From the NCBI GenBank assembly GCA_964016885.1, contig OZ024741.1:322214001-322278000 (forward strand): DNA of 64,000 nucleotides, written 5' to 3'. Of this stretch, positions 53,755 through 64,000 are shown piece after piece. Positions within the stretch are counted from its first letter, which is position 1, and every line of letters starts with the position of its first letter. A model generated the notes under the pieces. That model ran no database searches. It was not told where the DNA came from and worked only from the letters and a program-made list of their open reading frames with translations. The translations under genes were made by a program, and so were the position numbers. This DNA is from Eledone cirrhosa (taxonomy: Eukaryota).

Positions 53755-56700
53755 TGTATATATTAAATGAAATACCAATATACCAACTCTAGTGTATATT
53801 GTATGTATATATATATCAAATGAAATACCAATATACCAATATAGTGTACATTGTATGTATATATCAAATGAAATACCAATATACCCAACTATAGTGTATA
53901 TTGTGTGTATATCAAAGGAAATAACAATATACTCAACTTTAGTGTATATTGAGTGTATATCAAATGAAATACCAATATACCCAACTATAGTGTATATTGT
54001 GTATATATCAAATGAAATAGCAATATACCCAACTATAGTGTATATTGTGTGTATATCAAATGAAATAGCAATATACCCTACTATAGTGTATATTGTGTAT
54101 ATATCAAATGAAATAGCAATATACCCTACTATAGTGTATATTGTGTATATATCAAATGAAATAGCAATATACCCTACTATAGTGTATATTGTGTATATAT
54201 CAAATGAAATAGCAATATACCCAACTATAGTGTATATTGTGTATATATCAAATGAAATAGCAATATACCCAACTATAGTGTATATTGTGTGTATATCAAA
54301 TGAAATAGCAATATACCCTACTATAGTGTATATTGTGTGTATATCAAATGAAATAGCAATATACCCTACTATAGTGTATATTGTGTGTATATCAAATGAA
54401 ATAGCAATATACCCTACTATAGTGTATATTGTGTGTATATCAAATGAAATAGCAATATACCCTACTATAGTGTATATTGTGTATATATCAAATGAAATAG
54501 CAATATACCCTACTATAGTGTATATTGTGTATATATCAAATGAAATATCAATATACCCTACTATAGTGTATATTGTGTGTATATCAAATGAAATAGCAAC
54601 ATACCCAACTATAGTGTATATTGTGTGTATATCAAATGAAATAGCAATATACCCAACCATAGTGTATATTGTGTATATATCAAATGAAATAGCAATATAC
54701 CCTACTATAGTGTATATTGTGTATATATCAAATGAAATAGCAATATACCCTACTATAGTGTATATTGTGTGTATATCAAATGAAATAGCAATATACCCTA
54801 CTATAGTGTATATTGTGTATATATCAAATGAAATAGCAATATACCCAACTATAGTGTATATTGTGTGTATATCAAATGAAATAGCAATATACCCTACTAT
54901 AGTGTATATTGTGTATATATCAAATGAAATAGCAATATACCCAACTATAGTGTATATTGTGTGTATATCAAATGAAATACCAGTATACCCTACTATAGTG
55001 TATATTGTGTATATATCAAATGAAATAGCAATATACCCTACTATAGTGTATATTGTGTGTATATCAAATGAAATAGCAATATACCCAATCTATAGTGTAT
55101 ATTGAGTATATATCAAATGAAATAGCAATATACCCAACTATAGTGTATATTGTGTATATATCAAATGAAATAGCAATATACCCTACTATAGTGTATATTG
55201 TGTGTATATCAAATGAAATAGCAATATACCCTACTATAGTGTATATTGTGTGTATATCAAATGAAATAGCAATATACCCAACTATAGTGTATATTGAGTG
55301 TATATCAAATGAAATAGCAATATACCCTACTGTAGTGTATATTGTGTGTATATCAAATGAAATAGCAATATACCCTACTATAGTGTATATTGTGTGTATA
55401 TCAAATGAAATAGCAATATACCCAACTATAGTGTATATTGAGTGTATATCAAATGAAATAGCAATATACCCTACTGTAGTGTATATTGAGTGTATATCAA
55501 ATGAAATAGCAATATACACTACTGTAGTGTATATTGTGTATATATCAAATGAAATAGCAATATACCCTACTATAGTGTATATTGTGTGTATATCAAATGA
55601 AATAGCAATATACCCAACTATAGTGTATATTGTGTGTATATCAAATGAAATAGCAATATACCCTACTATAGTGTATATTGTGTATATATCAAATGAAATA
55701 GCAATATACCCTACTATAGTGTATATTGTGTGTATATCAAATGAAATAGCAATATACCCAACTATAGTGTATATTGTATATATATCAAATGAAATAGCAA
55801 TATACCCTACTATAGTGTATATTGTGTGTATATCAAATGAAATAGCAATATACCCTACTATAGTGTATATTGTGTGTATATCAAATGAAATAGCAATATA
55901 CCCTACTATAGTGTATATTGTGTGTATATCAAATGAAATAGCAATATACCCAACTATAGTGTATATTGTGTATATATCAAATGAAATAGCAATATACCCT
56001 ACTATAGTGTATATTGTGTATATATCAAATGAAATAGCAATATACCCTACTATAGTGTATATTGTGTGTATATCAAATGAAATAGCAATATACCCAACTA
56101 TAGTGTATATTGTATATATATCAAATGAAATAGCAATATACCCTACTATAGTGTATATTGTGTGTATATCAAATGAAATAGTAATATACCCTACTATAGT
56201 GTATATTGTGTGTATATCAAATGAAATAGCAATATACCCTACTATAGTGTATATTGTGTGTATATCAAATGAAATAGCAATATACCCAACTATAGTGTAT
56301 ATTGTGTATATATCAAATGAAATAACAATATACCCTACTATAGTGTATATTGTGTATATATCAAATGAAATAGCAATATACCCTACTATAGTGTATATTG
56401 TGTGTATATCAAATGAAATAGCAATATACCCTACTATAGTGTATATTGTGTGTATATCAAATGAAATAGCAATATACCCTACTATAGTGTATATTGTGTA
56501 TATATCAAATGAAATAGCAATATACCCTACTATAGTGTATATTGTGTGTATATCAAATGAAATAGCAATATACCCAACCATAGTGTATATTGTGTATATA
56601 TCAAATGAAATAGCAATATACCAAACTATAGTGTATATTGTGTGTATATCAAATGAAATAGCAATATACCCTACTATAGTGTATATTGTGTATATATCAA

Positions 56701-57400
56701 ATGAAATAGCAATATACCCAACTATAGTGTATATTGTGTGTATATCAAATGAAATAGCAATATACCCAACTATAGTGTATATTGTGTGTATATCAAATGA
56801 AATAGCAATATACCCAACTATAGTGTATATTGTGTGTATATCAAATGAAATATCAATATACCCAACTATAGTGTATATTGTGTGTATATCAAATGAAATA
56901 TCAATATTCCCAACTATAGTGTATATTGGATATATATCAAATGAAATATCAATATACCCAACTATAGTGTATATTGTGTATATATCAAATGAAATATCAA
57001 TATTCCCAGCTATAGTCTATATTGTGTATATATCAAATGAAATAGCAATATACCCAACTATAGTGTATATTGTGTGTATATCAAATGAAATATCAATATA
57101 CCCAACTATAGTGTATATTGTGTGTATATCAAATGAAATATCAATATTCCCAACTATAGTGTATATTGGATATATATCAAATGAAATATCAATATACCCA
57201 ACTATAGTGTATATTGTGTATATATCAAATGAAATATCAATATTCCCAGCTATAGTCTATATTGTGTATATATCAAATGAAATATCAATATACCCAACTA
57301 TAGAGTATATTGGATATATATCAAATGAAATATCAATATACCCAACGTGTGTATATCAAATGAAATATCAATATACCCAACTATAGTGTATATTGTATAT
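53755..57400. repeat. 48-bp tandem satellite, about 75 copies
   Basis: Unit ATATCAAATGAAATAGCAATATACCC(T/A)ACTATAGTGTATATTGTGT(G/A)T; degenerate at both edges. Confidence 0.98.
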
Positions 57401-57771
57401 AATTCCAATGAAAAACAAATACACTCTACTACAGAGTACAGTGTATATTTATCGAATGAAATAACAACTATAATATACCTAACGGTGTGGTAAATAAATA
57501 TATACACCACCGAACACAAAGGAACCAAACTCCCACTTTCACTGCCTCCGTCTCTCTCGCTCTCCCCATCTCACTATACTCAACTATAAAGGCAACCATG
57601 AACAAATTAACAGTTCACAAAAAGCAAAAACAAAACAAAAAACTACTTTTTGTTTCAAACAATACACTATACGATCCTCTCACCCACTTTGGATATTTGC
57701 CCAGCCTTACTACACTACCAACTTACTCATTTATCTAGTTATCACAGGGAATTATTATATATTGAAGTTAA

Positions 57772-57990
57772 GGGCAGTGGATTGGCAGTATAAGTAGAGC
57801 GTCGGACACCACACTCTGCAGCATAGAGTTACGTCCCTTAACGGTCTGGGTTCAAATCTCGCTGAGGTTAGCTTTGCCTTTTATCCTTACGGGGTCGATA
57901 AATCAAAGTACCAGTAATGCACTGGTGTTGATTTAATTGACTTTCATTTTCCCCCAAACTTTTTGCCTTGCGCCTAAATCAGAAACGTTA
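57772..57990 (+). mobile_element. SINE S1
   Basis: Full head, core and tail. Confidence 0.85.
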
Positions 57991-58013
57991 TACATTGATG
58001 TTAATTATACAAA

Positions 58014-58485
58014 CTAGCAGAAAAACCATCCTTTCGGATGGTTTTCTGCTAGCATGTGTAGTGTGTATATTGATATTATACGTAAATATATATACATGTA
58101 GATATGATACGTCAAATAAAATCGTAATTGACAATATACACAGAAATGGAACGAAGACTGTGTTACACTGTCTTATGTAATCAGTAACGTAATCCATGAT
58201 ACATTAAAAAAAGACGATATTATATATAAACTTAGGAGAAAATTAGTGACAGAAAATTAATATGTTTATTTAAGCGATCGCCACCGGAAGTGTTGACATT
58301 TGAAAATTTTAAAGAAGTGAATCATGAAATAAATAAAATATATTTAATGAACAGCCACGAAATTTAGTAGATAAATTATGTAATATTCATTCATTATTTA
58401 TTCAAAGTATTTCAACTTATTTTACAAACGGGATAAAAAAAAAACCGTACGCAATCCCGCAGACCTCCCTTTATTATAGTTTAGA
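58014..58485 (-). mobile_element. Non-autonomous Helitron-like element
   Basis: CTAG plus hairpin at left; 5' end (rc) TCTAAACTATAATAAAG; shares CCGGAAGTGTTGACATTTGAAAATTTTAAAGAAGTGAAT with 10801-10839. Confidence 0.6.
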
Positions 58486-59888
58486 TATTCTCCTTTAAGG
58501 TTCAGTATTGCGCCTCTCTGAAGCGGCTGCGTAGTTGGCCTTTATGGCAGCACAATTTTTCTTTCTCCATAATCAATTGTATTGCCTTACGTATGAGGAA
58601 ACGATATGGGTCAGTGTGCCAAACAATAAATATGTCATTCTCACATCTCCGCCACAAAGCGTCAGGTTTTATTGTTACTCTTTATACAACTCTATATCTT
58701 AAAGTGTGTCTGTTCCTATAGATGTTAGTTACTGTCTGTGATCATATTGAACCTATATTTTGACATTTATATATTTCCTTTAACACACCGTGTTGATCTG
58801 TAAAGCAGCTTAATATCTTATGTTAAAGTAGATACTAAACTTTAATCACTATATTATATTCTCTACACTACGACGACAAGTATTTAACTGCTTGATCATC
58901 CGAACTTCCCGCTCATTGATTTCACGTATATGTAGCTGAGTTTTCCACAGACACGTGTATCCTTAAGGTACTCTGGCAGAATATGTATGACACAAACACG
59001 ATTCGACAAATAGATAAAAAATAAGTAGTGAACTTAAAAAGTTGATATGATCGACTAAAACCCTTGAAGGTGGAACTCCAGCATGGCCGCAATCCAATGC
59101 TGAAGCCAGTATAAAGATGAAAGAATAAAGGAGTATGCATAACTAAAAGTTCGATATAATGTTTAGTAACATCTCTTTAACTGCTACAGGTTGAGTGGTT
59201 CTTTGATTCCTCACATTGTATCCTTCCCTTGCCTTCTCGGTTGCCTACAACTCACTGTCCGCCCACATATAAAGCTGGTATGTATTCACATCGGAAGAGG
59301 AATTTATACTAAACAATTTCATATTTTTCTACAGCACCAGCAAATAATCCAGTGCCATGAGGCACACACTGTAGCAAGCTTACACTAGCATGGTCGACCT
59401 CCCGCAAGTTCTTTCCTAAGTGCTTCCTGTGTGTCTGAGGTATTACTAGGCGTTTTGAGGTCGGTCCCTTCTTTGTTTTACCTATTCCTGTATCCATGAC
59501 ATTGTTGCTTTTGCATACTGAGTGGTTGGGACACGCAAAATGTGGTCACCAAATCGACGAAGCTTCACTGATTTGCAGCGACCAAGAATTACTTCAGCAC
59601 AATTATCTTCACATTAATGACAGTTAATGTGTATAACTATATATAGAGTGTAATGATAGGTTTACCAACGAGGCCTGATCCGAAGTCGAATGAAACCTGC
59701 GAGTTACAAGTCGGCATAGCCACACATCTCTCCATCTCTCTTAACTTTCGAAAATCACGAAACTTGTGAAGCCGGTAAAGACTCCAATTGCATTTTCAAA
59801 TTCATGTGAGATATATAAAAGAAAATCTGACTTTCGACTATATATATATATACACACACACAAACACACACACACACACATATATATA

Positions 59889-60330
<442 letters not shown>

Positions 60331-60456
60331 GCGCATGCGTTTGCATGTGTTTAATGATTGGTGTGTGTGTTCGCGTTTGGGTGTATGTGTTTTTTGTTTT
60401 CGTATTCTATCTTTATTCACTAGTGTGTGTTTATATGTGTTTGTTGTTATTGTACT

Positions 60457-60538
<82 letters not shown>

Positions 60539-61926
60539 TGCATGTCTACTACTGATTTTCCAGTAACATGTTATAAGGAGAATTTATACCAATAATTTCG
60601 TATTTTCCCATATTACTTTCACAGTCATAAATTTAATGTGTACATCTATATGTAGAGTGATGATAGTTCTACCACATAAGGCCCGATTCGAAGTCCAGTG
60701 AAACCCTGGAAAGGATTAATAAATGAATATCAGAATCTAAATCTTTGCTAATACCATTGAGTTGCGAGAAAATCTATTGTGAGAAAATAATTTATTATGA
60801 GATATTGTTTACTTAAAATAATTAAGATGAGTTGTAATGTTGTTTATCAAAATGAGATCGTTATAAATGCAAAAATACCATCAGAATAATCCTTTGCTTC
60901 TCATCTAACTTCTTATTTTTATTTTTTCTTCTGCGTTTTATACATTTGTTTTGTTTCACACAACAGGATAACTACGAATGGTACTTTGCTTTATGTGAAA
61001 TATTATAGCTTGGCAGAACTCACGCTTTCCCCAGATGATTTTGTGTTAAATAGCGCTACAAAAGTAGAATACCTCTTACAGAGTCAAGATATTGAGATTA
61101 GATGACGCTTATATAACCCCCTCCCCGCCTTACATGTATTAGCAATGTAAAGACATGATGGCCCATCCAGATTCTTATCAATTACCCAAACTACTCGGCG
61201 CCACACATTTTTAGCTCATATTGTATTATAGCTATAAACTAGGTATATAGACGAAAGAAATATTGCACCTATGTGTTCTTCTAAAGAGACAACACTGCAG
61301 GTATGGCTAAATATATAGAAGTAGAGTCGAGGCGAAGAAATATCTTGGGGCATAGATTCATTGAGACTTCATCAAGAACCACTTATTTATTAGTATTTGT
61401 TTGTGGAAATAGTGTGCAAAGTATTATGATATACCCTGATTGTTTGGGTTATTAAGAGGTATGCAAAAATAACATTTATGAGAAGAATAGAGATGTAATA
61501 GATGTTGATTTGGGCGATACACTTGTCGACGGATTGAAAGATTTTCTCTACGAGCTGAATGAAATGAAAGTATTTTGTTTTCGGCTGTAAACAAGGAGGG
61601 AGATAATACTAAATAGTAATAAAAAAAAAAGAGATGCTATGAATTTCTTTACAAGTTGAGTGACGAATGAAAGATCGAGTTAAGTTGTAGTTATTTGACA
61701 GATACCCAGCAAGGACTGAAAATTCTTGAGTAATTTTGGCATCGAAGAAATTTCCTGAATGTAGTTCAGTTAAACAGAACATATATGTTTGTTTATTTTG
61801 TTTTATTTTGTTTTATTTTAGAAATCTTAGATATAATTTTACAGAAAGATGAACGGGATTTCAGACAAAGCAAACCATAAAGTATTGAGGTGGGTCTTTT
61901 TGACAGTCGGAAACTGTGCACACTGG

Positions 61927-62050
<124 letters not shown>

Positions 62051-62299
62051 GTGTGAAAAAAACCAGTTATACTTTATGGTGTATCTTTCATAATAATTTG
62101 AGAGCCGTGGAAGTGATGGATGTTATAATTGATAGAGCACCGGATAAAATGGGTTGTGTTGTTTATTAACCTTTGCTCTTAGAGGGCGGTTATCTCGGCC
62201 TTTTCTTCTTCCGTGACCAATAAAATAAACACCAACCTAAAAAATCTCCACCAGTTAAGATGTGATAATTTCGCTATTTGGATTTTGACGATTTTGCTT

Positions 62300-62620
62300 A
62301 CTCTGTCTATGTGATATCTTTCTATGTCCTTGTAATATCACTATCAGTCTATATGGCATTACTCTATGTCTATGTGATAACACTATCTGTCCATGTAATA
62401 TTACTCTATGTATTATGAGATCCCTCTCTGTTTTTGTAACATCATTCTTCGTCTATGTAGTATCACTATCTATCTACTTGTTATTACTTCCTGTCTATAT
62501 AATATTACTATCTGTCTATGTGATATACCTACCTGTCTATTTGCTATGACTATCTGTCTATGCAATACAACTGTCAGTCTAGGTGATATTACTCTTTCTC
62601 CCACCAAATGATACTATCCC
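62300..62620. repeat. Degenerate ~22-bp minisatellite
   Basis: Recurring ATATCACTATCTGTCTATGT-like units. Confidence 0.7.
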
Positions 62621-63360
62621 TCTGAGTTTATGATATTTATCGCTTAGAGAGAATGTTTCTTACAATCATATCACATTAATTCAGATATCACTTCTTCACT
62701 ATTGGCTGCACATTATATTTCCTTTTCTAGATGTAGCTAATCACTTTTTCAAACGTCTTTGGAGATATTTAGATTTCCGCCGAAGCCAACCGTTCTGCAA
62801 GAATGTGACTTAAAGTCATGTAATACTTGCCCACAATCTACATTTACATTTTCTGTTATTACCTAATTTTGTTTTTGTTTTTGTTTGATTTTGCTTTATA
62901 CAGTATATTTCGTAGTCATTGATGGTTTACATCATAAGTTATCAAAGTCGCGTTTGGTTTATGATTTGGAGGAAGTAACCCGATAGTAATTTCATCTAAC
63001 AGTGTTCTTGTGGTTTACATTATATTTTCTGATAACATCTAATGTTGAAGGTATTTGATTTTTTGTATAATTTCGTTTCTGTTTGTTTTTGTTTATACAG
63101 TATATTTCACATTCATTGGTGGGTTCGTAATTTATCACAGTTAGGTTTGTTTTATCATTTGGAGGAAGTAAGCTTACAGTAATGTCATCTTACTGTGATC
63201 TTTTCGTTTAACTTTTTCATTTATATTCGTGTCTCTTTGAAACCTCGGGTTACTATTTCATTTGAGCTTCTCTTTGCGTGTGAATATATGGATGTATGTG
63301 TATGTATAGCTATGTGCGAATATTTGTGTAACCACATGTATGTATGTATGTATGTATGTT

Positions 63361-64000
63361 TTCTCTTTCTCTTAATTTCGAGTATATTTTTTTTGACCGG
63401 CCACCTTCCTGGTGGCAAGGTTGTAAAAGAAAAGAAATTGTCATCCCTTGAATCGCAAGAATGTTTTGCAAATTTTGAAGGTGCCAGCTATCGCAGCCAT
63501 TTGTAGACTATGAATTAGGGAGCTGCGCTTTTTGTCCGCAAATCCAAGTTCAGTCATACTTTGGTCCAAGCGGGTTGGTATATAACCCGTAGCACCAATA
63601 ATGATGGGTATGAAGCTAAAGGTGTATCTTGGATACTGGATTTGTAAACTCCTCATCAATGGTCCGTAGATGTCCTCCTTCTCCTGTATTTTTCTGACAA
63701 CGTTTACATCAAGTGGGCAGCTGATCTCCACAACAGAACACGTTTTTAATGTGTGGTCCCAAACTACAATATCAGGCCGGTTGTGCTTTAATTTGGTGGC
63801 AGTTTTTATTTTCAGGTTCCACCAGTATTCCTTAGTGCCATCTGTCTCAATATATTCTTCCTCGTTTGTTGTTAATTTTGTTTTCCGAAGTGCGTTCCAG
63901 ATGGTTCTAGCTATCCCATCGTGTCTCATGGGGAGGTAGTAGCGAGATGACATTCTTTCGCAGCTGGCAACAATGTGGCTTACATCCTCGATCTTTGTTT
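63361..64000 (-). mobile_element. 3' end of an RLE-type non-LTR retrotransposon (R4/Dong-like); continues beyond the window
   Basis: EDVSHIVASC (zinc-knuckle end), RHD, HNRPDIVV, VVEISCP, EKEDIY, IPIIIGATG; ORF open to stop at 63441. Confidence 0.88.

Noticed and set aside
53728-57386. 310-763 aa repetitive ORFs on both strands
   Set aside because: The 48-bp unit is a multiple of 3 and lacks stops in those frames; a 1-bp insertion breaks phase mid-array; no gene context

Overview
AT-rich, microsatellite-dense eukaryotic non-coding DNA. The SINE repertoire resembles octopod cephalopods (inference from recall, no search run). No host protein-coding exon, rRNA, intact tRNA or CRISPR array can be supported; most listed ORFs are microsatellite or satellite artefacts. 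The recognisable coding sequence is all decayed transposon: a RepHel Helitron (44.4-48.4 kb), Penelope-like elements (PLEs; RT and/or GIY-YIG at 2.2-3.0, 33.3-33.6, 41.9-42.8 and 50.4-52.7 kb), a CR1-type LINE, two RTE 3' ends and an R4/Dong-like RLE element. There are also many tRNA-derived SINEs, non-autonomous Helitrons, MITEs and a 48-bp satellite. The most striking hidden layer is about 20 type-I hammerhead-ribozyme (HHR) motifs from about 10 unrelated short element families. They sit mostly in or beside (TA)n tracts, often carry fold-back arms, and include a 424-bp tandem retrozyme-like unit. A 67-bp array in which each unit can form an H-type pseudoknot is also present. Motifs and coordinates were read by eye; element edges are approximate and no ribozyme activity is demonstrated.
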